Below are positions 17,401 through 27,109 of a DNA stretch of 64,000 nucleotides, piece by piece. The notes beneath the pieces are model-generated. The model did no database searches and was not told the DNA's origin. It worked only from the letters and a program-made list of their open reading frames with translations. The position numbers and the translations under genes are program-made. The stretch lies in the IMG/VR virus record IMGVR_UViG_3300042560_001826, positions 1 to 64,000 of that record. One strand, 5' to 3'. Origin of the DNA: a virus. Each line of letters starts with the position of its first letter. Within the stretch, counting starts at the first letter, position 1.

Positions 17401-20300
17401 TGAAAATTAGCTTTAGAAAAGGCTGGTGGACAGCTCTGCCCTTGGCGGTTATTGCTTTAATAACAATTCCAACCGTTGATGCTTCTTCTACACAAGAACC
17501 CATAGCAAATGCTGGCTTTGAAGATAATTCATTTACTGGCTGGTCTAGGGGGACTCAAACAGGCAATTTGGGATCTGCAATAAATGGCAATGGTACTGGC
17601 GTAACTATTTTTAGCGGTCCAAAAACCTTTAGTCATCCATCACATCCAGCAGTAGGTAGTGCTACAAGAAATGGCGCTCCCAACCCATATTATGCCCCAG
17701 CGGTATCGGCAGGAAGCTGGACATTCTCCCCAAGCAATGCCTCATACGCTGCTTTGCTGCAACCAAGGAATGAGCAAAATTTTTCTCAAGCAATGACAGC
17801 CCTTGGCTTATCTGGATCCCCACAAACAGCAATACAAGCACAATTAACAGCAGATGCGCAAGCTGCCGCAAATGGAGGGCAGTCCAATCCAACTGATGCT
17901 GCATGGATTACTCGTGAAGTTCAATTGACTTCTGGAATTACTTATACGATGTCTTGGAACTATTTGGGTACTGATTATGTTCCATTTAATGATGGTTCAT
18001 TAACTTCGCTTGTTGCTGTCTCTACACCATCAACTCCGACAATAACAGTTAATAATTTTAATCGCTCATATGCACTTCTTGGATTTACAAATCCGGGAAC
18101 TGGAGATTATTCTGTAAACTCATATGGCTCTACTGGTTGGCAAACATCAACTTATAAAGTTTCAGTAAGTGGTACATATAAACTTGGCTTTGCTGTTTTT
18201 AATCTTGGAGATACAGCTCTATCTCCAGTATTAATGATTGACAATGCAATAGGTGACACTCAGCGATGTGCTCCTGCAGGTAGTAATTGTACGACTTTTG
18301 GTGGCGTTGCCCCGAATAATGAAACGGCTCCAACTGTAGCACCTACAACAACTACCACTTCTACTACAACTACGACTACTACAACGACTACAACAACTAC
18401 TACAACTACTACCACGACAACTACTACGACTACAACATTACCACCTACAACAACTACAACGCAGCCTGCAAACAATACACAGTCAGGATTAAATGCCGTT
18501 GGTTATTTAATAAATCAAATTCCTCCTATTAAATCTGATACGCAATACACATCATGTGGTTCTGAAATTGAGAATAATATAAATCGTAATTTTGATGGAG
18601 AGCCGTTCCAGCAATGCGGCTCGGATAATTTTATGATCCACTACACTGGATTTATTACCATTCCTGAAAATAATACAATCCAATTTATGGTTGCTGCAGA
18701 TGATGGCGGAACTATAAAAATTGACGATACAGAATTTGGTGATTGGAATGTCAAAGGATGTTCTTGGTCGCAGGCTACAACAAATTCTTTTGCTGCAGGA
18801 ACATACGCATTAGATGGTTGGTTTTATGAGCACGGCGGTGCATCTTGTTATATGCTGGCATGGAAAATTAATGGTGGTGATTGGGAGATAGTTCCGGATT
18901 CTGCATTTACTATTGACGGATCAAGCACTCCTACAACAACTACAACTGTTGCTCCTCAAACAACCTCAACGATTTCTTCAACGACTTCCACAACGACAGT
19001 CCCTGAAACAACATCTTCAACCAGTACCACAACAACATCGCCTCCCCAGACTACTACTACAACCGTTTATGTGCCAACAGTCACGACAACAACTGAACCT
19101 GAGCCTGAAGAAGAACCAGAAACTACTACAACGACTGAGCCAGAAGTTACTACGACAACTGAGCCTGAGTTTATTCAACCGGAGGATGAAGAGGAGGCTC
19201 AGCCTGTTGAGCCTGAAACGACCCTTCCTGATTATCCAGAAGAAGAACAAGAAGGAGAACAGCAGCCAGAACCGATATCCCCAGAAGAAACGACAGAGCA
19301 AGATACAGAATCACAAGAGACTATAGTAACACAAGAAGAGTTTGAAAGTATTATTGAAGATATATCTTCTGAAGAAATTCAGGCAGAAGATGTAATAGAG
19401 GTAATTGATAATCTCAATTCAGAACAACTTACAGAAGTTTTAGAATCTATAGGTATAGAGCAATTAACAGAAGTAATTGATGAATTATCAGAAGAGCAAA
19501 CTCTTGATCTTGTTGAAAATATTGAATCCGTAGAAGCTTTAGATAATGTTATTAATGCAATTGCTGATTCGGAAGAACCAATTGAGGCATCTGTTGCAGT
19601 AGCAATTATTTTAAATGATAACTTTACAGAGATATCTACTGAGGCAGCCCAAGAGGTTTTTGCAAATGTTGATGCTGATTCTTTTACTGATGAACAAAAA
19701 GAGGAACTCTCTGAGGCTCTTACGGAAGCCCCTGATGAAATCAAAGAGGCTTTTGAAGAGGAAATTGATGTTTATGGCGGAGGTTTTGATACTTATGTTC
19801 CAACAGGATCAAGCATTGATGTTGGCGCAAGAAAAACAGTTATCGCTGCAGTTGCAACATTAACAGCAACGGTTGCCGTTACTGGCGCTGCCGGAGCGTC
19901 ACCAACAGCACCAGCAGGAGGCTCAGGAGGCGGTTCTGGAGGCTCAGGAGGCTCTTCTAATCCAAGTTCTGGCTCAGAAGGTCGTTCACGAAAAGAAGAA
20001 GAGGGAAGCGAGCCAGCAGGTGAAATTGTTGATGCTGAAGGTGAGGATGATGAGCATTATGCTAAAAATAGCATTTACGAGTATTATATAAAGGAGGGAA
20101 TTGAAATGAAGAAATTTAACTGGTCTGGTTTTATAAACAAACTTTGGAATATAACTGCCGGGTTAGCATTTACTCTTGCAGGTAGCTATGTTGTTTATAT
20201 TACCCTCTCTGGCGCAACGCAAAGAGCAGCGGGTGTTGCTACCTTAATTGCAATATTTATCCACTATACTCACAATATCTTTAAAAACGATATTAACTGA
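17400..20300 (+). CDS. Large exported, membrane-anchored protein: carbohydrate-binding-like domain, Thr-rich linkers, PA14-like domain, acidic stalk, C-terminal TMs
   Basis: N-terminal signal peptide; NAGFE..F.GW; poly-Thr; YTGFI...ADDG...FYEHGG (PA14-like); three hydrophobic segments at C-terminus. Confidence 0.75.
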   Translation: MKISFRKGWWTALPLAVIALITIPTVDASSTQEPIANAGFEDNSFTGWSRGTQTGNLGSAINGNGTGVTIFSGPKTFSHPSHPAVGSATRNGAPNPYYAPAVSAGSWTFSPSNASYAALLQPRNEQNFSQAMTALGLSGSPQTAIQAQLTADAQAAANGGQSNPTDAAWITREVQLTSGITYTMSWNYLGTDYVPFNDGSLTSLVAVSTPSTPTITVNNFNRSYALLGFTNPGTGDYSVNSYGSTGWQTSTYKVSVSGTYKLGFAVFNLGDTALSPVLMIDNAIGDTQRCAPAGSNCTTFGGVAPNNETAPTVAPTTTTTSTTTTTTTTTTTTTTTTTTTTTTTTTLPPTTTTTQPANNTQSGLNAVGYLINQIPPIKSDTQYTSCGSEIENNINRNFDGEPFQQCGSDNFMIHYTGFITIPENNTIQFMVAADDGGTIKIDDTEFGDWNVKGCSWSQATTNSFAAGTYALDGWFYEHGGASCYMLAWKINGGDWEIVPDSAFTIDGSSTPTTTTTVAPQTTSTISSTTSTTTVPETTSSTSTTTTSPPQTTTTTVYVPTVTTTTEPEPEEEPETTTTTEPEVTTTTEPEFIQPEDEEEAQPVEPETTLPDYPEEEQEGEQQPEPISPEETTEQDTESQETIVTQEEFESIIEDISSEEIQAEDVIEVIDNLNSEQLTEVLESIGIEQLTEVIDELSEEQTLDLVENIESVEALDNVINAIADSEEPIEASVAVAIILNDNFTEISTEAAQEVFANVDADSFTDEQKEELSEALTEAPDEIKEAFEEEIDVYGGGFDTYVPTGSSIDVGARKTVIAAVATLTATVAVTGAAGASPTAPAGGSGGGSGGSGGSSNPSSGSEGRSRKEEEGSEPAGEIVDAEGEDDEHYAKNSIYEYYIKEGIEMKKFNWSGFINKLWNITAGLAFTLAGSYVVYITLSGATQRAAGVATLIAIFIHYTHNIFKNDIN

Positions 20301-20320
20301 TCCAGTTTCCTTATCACAAA

Positions 20321-20350
20321 CAATGGGGTATAATAGAATTATACCCATTG
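20321..20350. promoter_or_regulatory. Palindrome containing opposed TATAAT -10 boxes upstream of holin/endolysin genes
   Basis: CAATGGGGTATAAT-aga-ATTATACCCATTG. Confidence 0.55.
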
Positions 20351-20366
20351 GGGTAGGGAGGTGATC

Positions 20367-20597
20367 ATGTCTACTAAGTCACAAAACTTAGATCAAGCAC
20401 TTAAGGGAGGCGCACTCGGCGTTTGGGTCTGGCTGGCTACTGTTCAGCTAAATCTTGACGGTGAAGTAGTTGCCGTATTAACACCGGCAATTGCCTACGG
20501 ACTTGCATGGTTATCAACAAGAGTTGGCGATCCAACAGTTGCTTCTTTCTTAGCAAAGAAGCCTGCGGAAAAGCCCGCTGTTAAAAAGAAGGCATAA
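20367..20597 (+). CDS. Small membrane protein (holin-like)
   Basis: GGAGGTGATC SD; two hydrophobic segments; basic C-terminus. Confidence 0.7.
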   Translation: MSTKSQNLDQALKGGALGVWVWLATVQLNLDGEVVAVLTPAIAYGLAWLSTRVGDPTVASFLAKKPAEKPAVKKKA

Positions 20598-20600
20598 GCG

Positions 20601-20858
20601 ATGGAACAGGTCAAAAATATTTGCCTTCGTATATTGGCGACCTTTTCTGCCTCGGGACTTGGAGTTATCGGGGCGGGTACAATTGCTGGCGTTCCTGTTT
20701 GGAAGGCGGTTTTTATGGCAGGGATTGCTGGCGTTGCTACCGTTGTTGAAGGTTTATCACGTGAGTTCTTAGATGATGGTAAACTAGATATGGATGAAAT
20801 CAATGAAGTCTTCAGTAAAGTCGATAAGAAAGCAGTTAAGAAAGAGGAGGAGTTCTAA
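20601..20858 (+). CDS. Holin-like membrane protein
   Basis: Two TMs then DDGKLD...EINE; directly upstream of endolysin. Confidence 0.7.
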   Translation: MEQVKNICLRILATFSASGLGVIGAGTIAGVPVWKAVFMAGIAGVATVVEGLSREFLDDGKLDMDEINEVFSKVDKKAVKKEEEF

Positions 20859-20859
20859 A

Positions 20860-21669
20860 ATGAGCGTTAAATGGAATATTATTGTACCGGTAAAACAGCC
20901 AGCAGATTTAAAGGGAGTTGCACCCGGAAAACTTCCAGACAGTCTTCTTAAGCCAGTTAAGGGCGGTGGAAAGTTACACTGGAGAGCTGCAGATGCTTGG
21001 GATGCAATGGTTGAAGCTGCAAAGATTGATGGTATTGAATTAAAGCCAGTTTCTGCCGGAGATACATATCGTTCATTTGAATCTCAATTGGCAGCATTTA
21101 GGCAGAGATATCAGAAAGAGCCAATTGCTGGAGCTCAGACAAGAACTTTTGAAGGGGTTAAGTGGTACAAGAAAGATCCTAAATTAGCCAGTCTTGCCGC
21201 ACCTGGTACATCGCAGCATAATAGCGGATTGGCAGTCGATGTTCATACTGCTGCTGAACCAAAGCGCTTAAATTGGCTTATTGATAATGTTCGTAAATTT
21301 GGATTTAGTTGGGAAGTTGTGCCAGAAGAGCCATGGCACTTACGCTATACAGAAGGCGACAATCCCCCTGCTGCTGTGATTGAATTTATTACAAAGAGAG
21401 ATGGGCAAGCACCTGCTAGTGCTCCAGCTAAAGCTCAAAATGAAGAGGCAAAGGTTGATCCAGCTGCTCTTCCAGTACTAGTTAGAGATTATAAAGGGGC
21501 GGCTGTTCGGAGAGCTCAAGGTCTTTTAAACAAGCATGGAATTGCTTGCAAAGAAGATTCTAGCTTTGGTCCAAAAACTCAAGAAGCTGTTAAGCAATTC
21601 CAAAAGAAAGTTGGCCTACCAACAACTGGAGATGTTGATGCAGCAACTTGGAAAGCCTTGCTCTCATAA
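20860..21669 (+). CDS. Endolysin: M15 (VanY-like) peptidase plus peptidoglycan-binding domain
   Basis: YRS..Q, PGTSQH..GLAVD and EPWH motifs; C-terminal FGPKT..AVKQFQ...GL..TG.VD..TW. Confidence 0.88.
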   Translation: MSVKWNIIVPVKQPADLKGVAPGKLPDSLLKPVKGGGKLHWRAADAWDAMVEAAKIDGIELKPVSAGDTYRSFESQLAAFRQRYQKEPIAGAQTRTFEGVKWYKKDPKLASLAAPGTSQHNSGLAVDVHTAAEPKRLNWLIDNVRKFGFSWEVVPEEPWHLRYTEGDNPPAAVIEFITKRDGQAPASAPAKAQNEEAKVDPAALPVLVRDYKGAAVRRAQGLLNKHGIACKEDSSFGPKTQEAVKQFQKKVGLPTTGDVDAATWKALLS

Positions 21670-21700
21670 CTAAATATTGATATATTTTTAATGAGGTTTT

Positions 21701-22033
21701 ATGGCAGCTACAAGAAATATTACAATCTATCAAGGCGATACTTATATTCATGAGTTAAGAATTAAAAATAACTCTAATGTTGCTATTAATATCTCTACAA
21801 GAACATATAATGGTGCAATTAGAAAGAAAAGGAATTCAGATACTGTTGCTGCAAATTTCTCTTCTGAAATTACAGATGGGGCAAATGGCGTTGTAGTCAT
21901 GTCTCTTACTGCAAGCAATACAGCAAATATTGCTGCCGGAACATATGTTTATGATTTTCAAGAAACAAATGGGCAAACCATTACAACACTTCTCACAGGT
22001 AATGTAACAGTAACCGGGGAGGTGTATAAGTAG
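21701..22033 (+). CDS. Ig-like structural protein (BppU-N-like)
   Basis: I.QGDT...L....T......YVYD...G.V.V pattern. Confidence 0.65.
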   Translation: MAATRNITIYQGDTYIHELRIKNNSNVAINISTRTYNGAIRKKRNSDTVAANFSSEITDGANGVVVMSLTASNTANIAAGTYVYDFQETNGQTITTLLTGNVTVTGEVYK

Positions 22034-22332
22034 TGCCTGCTGATGTGACATCAGTAAGAGTTGCAACTGGAGATATTACATCACTAGCAATCAATACAGA
22101 TTCTTCAAATCTGACAATTGCTTCTGATGTTACAGCTGTAACAGTTCAAACAGCAGATACAACAGTTATAACAGCTGCGCCAGCAACAATTAATCTTGCA
22201 TCCTTATCTTTTGCGGTAACAAATCCAGAAGATGTTGGAAGAACAGCAAGTGTTGGCGTAAGCAATTTGGCAGCTCGAGCTGACCATAGACATAGTGCAG
22301 CAAGTCTGCTGCTTGATGGAGGAAATTATTAA
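22033..22332 (+). CDS. Short fibre linker protein ending DGGNY
   Basis: ARADHRH motif; C-terminal DGG-aromatic motif. Confidence 0.65.
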   Translation: MPADVTSVRVATGDITSLAINTDSSNLTIASDVTAVTVQTADTTVITAAPATINLASLSFAVTNPEDVGRTASVGVSNLAARADHRHSAASLLLDGGNY

Positions 22333-23657
22333 TGGCTAATAAAATAAGAATTAAGCGCAGGGCTACCGGCAGTGCTGGAGCACCAACAAGCTTAGAGAAT
22401 GCAGAATTAGCATTTAACGAAGTAGATGATGTTCTTTACTATGGTGAAGGAACTGGCGGTATTGATGGCACAGCCACAACAGTTATTGCCATCGGCGGTT
22501 CAGGTGCGTTCTTAACTCTTAGTGGTGATCAAACTATTACTGGTAATAAAACAGTTAATGGAAATACGACATTTAATGGGATTACAATTGTACCTACCCC
22601 AACTGCAAACAATCATGCAGCGACTAAGTTATATGTTGATGGCGCAATAGCCAATGTAGCTTCCTCGTTTACAGTTACTGGTGATGGTGGTACTCCACAA
22701 ACAATTACAACTGGCAGTGACACTCTTACGATTTCTGGCGGAACAGGTCTTTCGTCTGTTGCTGGCGCTACAGATACAGTCACTATTAATCTTGATAATA
22801 CAGCTGTTACAGCGGGCTCTTATGGATCTGCAAATACTGTTGCTACTTTTACGGTTGATGCGCAAGGTCGTTTGACAGCTGCTGGTAATTCTACAATCTC
22901 AATTAATGCTGGTCAAATCACCGGATTTACAGAAGACGCTCAGGATGCTGCGGCTGCATTGTTTACCAATGGAACACATAGTGGCATTGCTGCAGCATAT
23001 GATGATGCAAATTCAAAACTTAATCTTGATGTTGCAGATTTCACGATTACTCTTGGTGGAGATTTAACTGGTAGTGCTACGATTACAAATCTAGCTAATG
23101 CAACACTTAATGCAACAATTGCTGCAAACTCAGTAGCGCTTGGAACTGATACAACTGGAGATTATGTAGGATCGGTTGCCGCGGGAACAGGTATTGCAGT
23201 TTCTAATACTGGGGTTGAGGGCGGAACATTTACAATAACAAATAACGGTGTAACTTCTCTTACTGGAACAACAAATGAAATTGCAGTAAGCGCTTCGACC
23301 GGTTCTGTTACACTCAGCCTCCCAGCTAATGTCACAATTCCTAATAATCTTGTAGTCACCGGGGATCTCACAGTTCAGGGTAATACGACTACACTTAACA
23401 CAGCAACACTTGTTGTTGAAGATAAGAATGTTGTTCTTGCGAATGTTGCAACTCCAACAGATACAACGGCAGATGGTGCTGGTATTTCTGTTCTTGGAAC
23501 TACAGCAAAAACATTTAACTGGGTTGATTCAACTGATTCGTGGACATCTTCTGAGCATATTGATCTTGCCTCCACAAAGGTTTTCAAGATTGCTGGAGTC
23601 ACCGTATTAAGTGGAACAAATCTTGACAATGTTACTGTTGATGGTGGTACTTTCTAA
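22332..23657 (+). CDS. Fibre protein (IRIKRR...ELAFN N-terminal domain; ends DGGTF)
   Basis: PT...HAATKLYVD and VTAGSYG...TVDAQGR fibre motifs; segment paralogous to 5107 protein. Confidence 0.8.
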   Translation: MANKIRIKRRATGSAGAPTSLENAELAFNEVDDVLYYGEGTGGIDGTATTVIAIGGSGAFLTLSGDQTITGNKTVNGNTTFNGITIVPTPTANNHAATKLYVDGAIANVASSFTVTGDGGTPQTITTGSDTLTISGGTGLSSVAGATDTVTINLDNTAVTAGSYGSANTVATFTVDAQGRLTAAGNSTISINAGQITGFTEDAQDAAAALFTNGTHSGIAAAYDDANSKLNLDVADFTITLGGDLTGSATITNLANATLNATIAANSVALGTDTTGDYVGSVAAGTGIAVSNTGVEGGTFTITNNGVTSLTGTTNEIAVSASTGSVTLSLPANVTIPNNLVVTGDLTVQGNTTTLNTATLVVEDKNVVLANVATPTDTTADGAGISVLGTTAKTFNWVDSTDSWTSSEHIDLASTKVFKIAGVTVLSGTNLDNVTVDGGTF

Positions 23658-23667
23658 GGAGCCCTAA

Positions 23668-23889
23668 ATGGCTAATGTTGTAAAAATAAAAAGATCTGGA
23701 ACTCCGACAGCGGCTCCGACGAGTTTAGAATATGGCGAACTGGCTATTAACTATGCAGACGGTTTAATCTTTTATAAAGATTCAAGTAATACGATTGTCT
23801 CATTTGATGTCTCTAGTTCTTTTGCTATTACAACATTACAAAGTGATGTAAGTGATCTTGAGGTTTCTGTAGCAATGCAGGCGTTCTAA
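23668..23889 (+). CDS. Small fibre adaptor (KIKRSG...GELAINYADG; ends DLEVSVAMQAF)
   Basis: N-terminal domain paralogous to 22332; AAGGAG SD. Confidence 0.7.
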   Translation: MANVVKIKRSGTPTAAPTSLEYGELAINYADGLIFYKDSSNTIVSFDVSSSFAITTLQSDVSDLEVSVAMQAF

Positions 23890-23924
23890 CTCTTAGAACG
23901 GTAATTCTGGTACAATTGAATATT

Positions 23925-24851
23925 ATGGATGATGTCAAAATTAACACAAGCAAAACACTTACGCTGACACTTCCGAGCGACCCTGCAAGCAATGTTGTTT
24001 CTGTAAGCCTATATCATGAATTTGGTTCATTAGTTTCTGGTCCAACAAATGCAACAAGAACAGGTACCGGAGTTTATACGATCACATATGGTCAGCAAGC
24101 ATCTGGTATTTATATCTTAAATAGCGCTGGTCGTCACAGGGCTGATTTTACATACACAATTTCTGGAACGAGCTATACGCAATCTCAGTATATTAATGTT
24201 TATACGCCGTATGCAAATATTGATATATTCTTTGAGGATCACCCAGAATTAGAAGATGATTACTATGATCAGTTCAATAATATGGAAAAGAAAGTCCGTA
24301 ATATAATTAATACTTTCTGTGGTCAATCATTTGATTACTATCCAAATAAATTTCTTATTCTTCCGGGCACTGACAAAAAGACAATGCATCTGCCATTTCC
24401 AATTACAACATTAAGAAAAGTAACTGTTAATCTTGGAGATGAGGATGAGGAAGTTTTGCATGATTCAACAGATGCAACTCTTAATAACATTGAGAAAACA
24501 AGAGAGCCTCACAAATTCCAAAGCTCATACTACATCCAGTTTAGGAAGTCTTATTTAGATAAGACACAAACTAAGATTTATGAATCTAAATTTAGCGAAG
24601 AAGATGATTTTAAAATTGAAGGAGATTTTGGTTGGCAATTTGTTCCAAACAATATTGAGCAAGCCGCAGATCTGCTTTTGGTAGATATGATGACCGATGA
24701 CTCAGAATTGCGCAGGCACGGTGTTGTTTCGGTTGATATGGATACAATCAGCTACACAACTAAGTCCTCCTTTTATGAATCTACAGGCAATATTGATGCA
24801 GATGTTCTGCTTATGGACTACACACTATTTGTAATGGATTATGTGGTTTAA
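23925..24851 (+). CDS. Head-tail adaptor with N-terminal Ig-like extension
   Basis: I..FCGQ.F, G.FGW..VP..I..A motif; TGGTACAAT -10 at 23908-23916 suggests leaderless start at ATG 23925. Confidence 0.75.
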   Translation: MDDVKINTSKTLTLTLPSDPASNVVSVSLYHEFGSLVSGPTNATRTGTGVYTITYGQQASGIYILNSAGRHRADFTYTISGTSYTQSQYINVYTPYANIDIFFEDHPELEDDYYDQFNNMEKKVRNIINTFCGQSFDYYPNKFLILPGTDKKTMHLPFPITTLRKVTVNLGDEDEEVLHDSTDATLNNIEKTREPHKFQSSYYIQFRKSYLDKTQTKIYESKFSEEDDFKIEGDFGWQFVPNNIEQAADLLLVDMMTDDSELRRHGVVSVDMDTISYTTKSSFYESTGNIDADVLLMDYTLFVMDYVV

Positions 24852-25226
24852 ATGTCTAATGGAATTTTTCTTAAACTTCCTCACAAGATGGATATTTATA
24901 CCAAAACAATTACAACCAGTGTTGCTGGTCAGAGGACAGTTACCTATACAAAGTCGGCAACTGTAAAAACATTCTTTCAGCCTATTTCATCTGAAAGAAG
25001 GGTTAGTCCCTATACAGATAATATTGATGAATATCAATTTTATGTTTCTTACCGCGATGCTCAAAATATTACATATGATAATAGAATTCAAAACATTGTA
25101 GATCGATATGGCAATGTTGTATACAGCGGTCCAATTGAAATTGTAAATATTGTTAAACAGCCAGGTTTTAATGGTAAAATTAGACATATACAATTAGTCG
25201 GTAGAGTGGTGGTAGAAAATGCTTAG
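24852..25226 (+). CDS. Head closure/stopper protein
   Basis: Size, beta-rich pattern and synteny. Confidence 0.6.
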   Translation: MSNGIFLKLPHKMDIYTKTITTSVAGQRTVTYTKSATVKTFFQPISSERRVSPYTDNIDEYQFYVSYRDAQNITYDNRIQNIVDRYGNVVYSGPIEIVNIVKQPGFNGKIRHIQLVGRVVVENA

Positions 25227-25770
25227 TATGAGAATTAATAAAAGCGCAGCCTTAGAATTAGATATCGCTGCTGTCTATGCAGAAACTCTTCCAAATAGAA
25301 TTGCTGCTGCTCGCTCTGCCGCTATGCAAAAAGCAAAACAGGAAGCTAAGATAAGATTACCTCAACTTGGTAGACCTGCAAAATATATTGTTGTTTCGGT
25401 TGAAGGCTTCGGTCCAATTGGTGCAACGATTAAGGCATCACCACAAAAATCTTATAGAACCGGTAAACATGGATATGATAGAGGAATGGGTGCGTCTATA
25501 TTCTTAACAGGAAGAAGGGCTGGTAAAATTATTTTTTCTCAATCAAAGTCATTCATGAAGATAAGACCAGAAAGCGTTAATAAAGGATACCCGCCATATT
25601 TGGTAAAAGTTCGCATGGGTGCAGTTAGATCTCATAAAGACGAGGTTAAGAGGATGCTCAAAGAAATTACTTTGAGAAATCTTAGAAGGGGTCTTAACCT
25701 CCAAGGTTTTGGTCCAAGAGGTGGAGTCGCAAGACCTACCCTTGATGCTCCAGCGCAGATTGTAGGATAA
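25219..25770 (+). CDS. Neck/tail-completion protein (basic)
   Basis: Synteny; Arg/Lys-rich. Confidence 0.5.
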   Translation: MLSMRINKSAALELDIAAVYAETLPNRIAAARSAAMQKAKQEAKIRLPQLGRPAKYIVVSVEGFGPIGATIKASPQKSYRTGKHGYDRGMGASIFLTGRRAGKIIFSQSKSFMKIRPESVNKGYPPYLVKVRMGAVRSHKDEVKRMLKEITLRNLRRGLNLQGFGPRGGVARPTLDAPAQIVG

Positions 25771-25773
25771 TTT

Positions 25774-26187
25774 ATGCCAATTAGCGTATACGACATTAAT
25801 CAGTATTTAAAAAACGATACAAGCCTTGCTAACATCGCTGGCAAGACAATGAGTTTCTTCCCAGCTCATGGTTATGGAAATGAAGCGGCCCCATTTGTTG
25901 TCTATTTTTATTACCCCTTCATTCCATCCGTAGAGGCTTATTGGAACAGGTATGATGCTGTTAAATATTCTATTTATGATAGTGATGTTGATAGGCTTTT
26001 TCAAATCGGGGAGAGAATTATTGAGCTTCTAGGCATAGCTGATCAGATTCAAGGCAATGTCCCAAGTTCTAATGTGAGGGTTCTATCAACTTATTTGGCA
26101 TCTTCTAACTTTATAGAGCCTCTTGAAAAAGAAGGTTGGTACCAAATGGACCTTGATTTTTCCATATATTCCGTAAGCGCTTCCTAA
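25774..26187 (+). CDS. Tail terminator protein
   Basis: PFVVY motif, size and synteny before tail tube. Confidence 0.65.
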   Translation: MPISVYDINQYLKNDTSLANIAGKTMSFFPAHGYGNEAAPFVVYFYYPFIPSVEAYWNRYDAVKYSIYDSDVDRLFQIGERIIELLGIADQIQGNVPSSNVRVLSTYLASSNFIEPLEKEGWYQMDLDFSIYSVSAS

Positions 26188-26208
26188 AGTGTGGTATCAT
26201 AAAAGTAT

Positions 26209-26403
26209 ATGGAGTATACTGTTATTACCTATATAGGAAAGACTTCAGGATATGTTGTCAATATAGGCAAAAAGATTTATGAATTTGAGTGGCAAAAAGG
26301 TCGAGGAATCGGTCGTCGCTCTGATGAAGTAAACCCTGAACATGCAAAAACAATTTCAAAATGGCGTGACAGGAAGGGCAAAAAAATATTTGTCCTAGAA
26401 TAA
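26209..26403 (+). CDS. Small hypothetical protein
   Basis: TGGTATCAT -10 ends 8 nt upstream of ATG (leaderless). Confidence 0.65.
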   Translation: MEYTVITYIGKTSGYVVNIGKKIYEFEWQKGRGIGRRSDEVNPEHAKTISKWRDRKGKKIFVLE

Positions 26404-26423
26404 AAATATAGGAGGAAATACTT

Positions 26424-27002
26424 ATGGCAGTTTCAGTTTCTAACATTGTCGTGGGTGAGGCAACAGTCAAGACTGGCGTTTCTAACACAGCAATGACAAA
26501 CGCTGACTTTGACAGCCTCACAGATGTGGGTGCAACAAATGGCGGTGTTGAGATTTCGTGGGAGCCTGACATGGTTGACATTGAGATCGACCAGTACGGC
26601 GATGCAGCTAAGGTTATTCAGTCCAAAGTTAAAGTGATGGTTAAGACCACGCTTGCTGAGGCAACATTGAACAACCTTGCTACAGCATGGAGTTACGACA
26701 ACGTTACAGGTGGCGCAGATGTTAAGAGCAACAATGATGGTGCAAACACCAAGACATTGCTGTTCGGTACACAGTCGGTTTATCCGTTTGAGTACGCTTT
26801 GCAAATCACCGGTAATGCCCCCGGTTCAACAGCATCGGTAACAAAGACACGCAAGTTTAATACAAAGCGAGCAGTGTCGTTCACATCTTCAATGCTTTCA
26901 ATGAAGCGCGCTGAAGCCTCAATGTTTGAAGTTTCGTTCCGCATTCTTCCAGTTACGGAAGATGCTGGTTACGAGTACGGCAAGATCATTGACCAAGTGT
27001 GA
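26424..27002 (+). CDS. Major tail tube protein
   Basis: VGATNGGVE...LAEATL.NL motifs; AGGAGG SD; high-expression codon usage. Confidence 0.85.
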   Translation: MAVSVSNIVVGEATVKTGVSNTAMTNADFDSLTDVGATNGGVEISWEPDMVDIEIDQYGDAAKVIQSKVKVMVKTTLAEATLNNLATAWSYDNVTGGADVKSNNDGANTKTLLFGTQSVYPFEYALQITGNAPGSTASVTKTRKFNTKRAVSFTSSMLSMKRAEASMFEVSFRILPVTEDAGYEYGKIIDQV

Positions 27003-27028
27003 TTTAAAGATAAAAATCTTTAATTGAT

Positions 27029-27075
27029 AAATCCCGGCGGGATCAGTATGGTATACTGAAAACGCCGGGATTTTT
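27029..27075 (+). terminator. Intrinsic terminator-like hairpin after tail tube, with TGGTATACT -10 inside
   Basis: AAATCCCGGCG...CGCCGGGATTT followed by a T run; inner stem TCAGTAT/ATACTGA. Confidence 0.6.
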
Positions 27076-27109
27076 CATCCCCAATAACACATAGGAGATA
27101 AATTAAAAT

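Noticed and set aside
18345-18460. Poly-Thr tract as a microsatellite or phase-variation locus
   Set aside because: Codons are mixed ACA/ACT/ACG/ACC, consistent with protein-level selection rather than a perfect DNA repeat.
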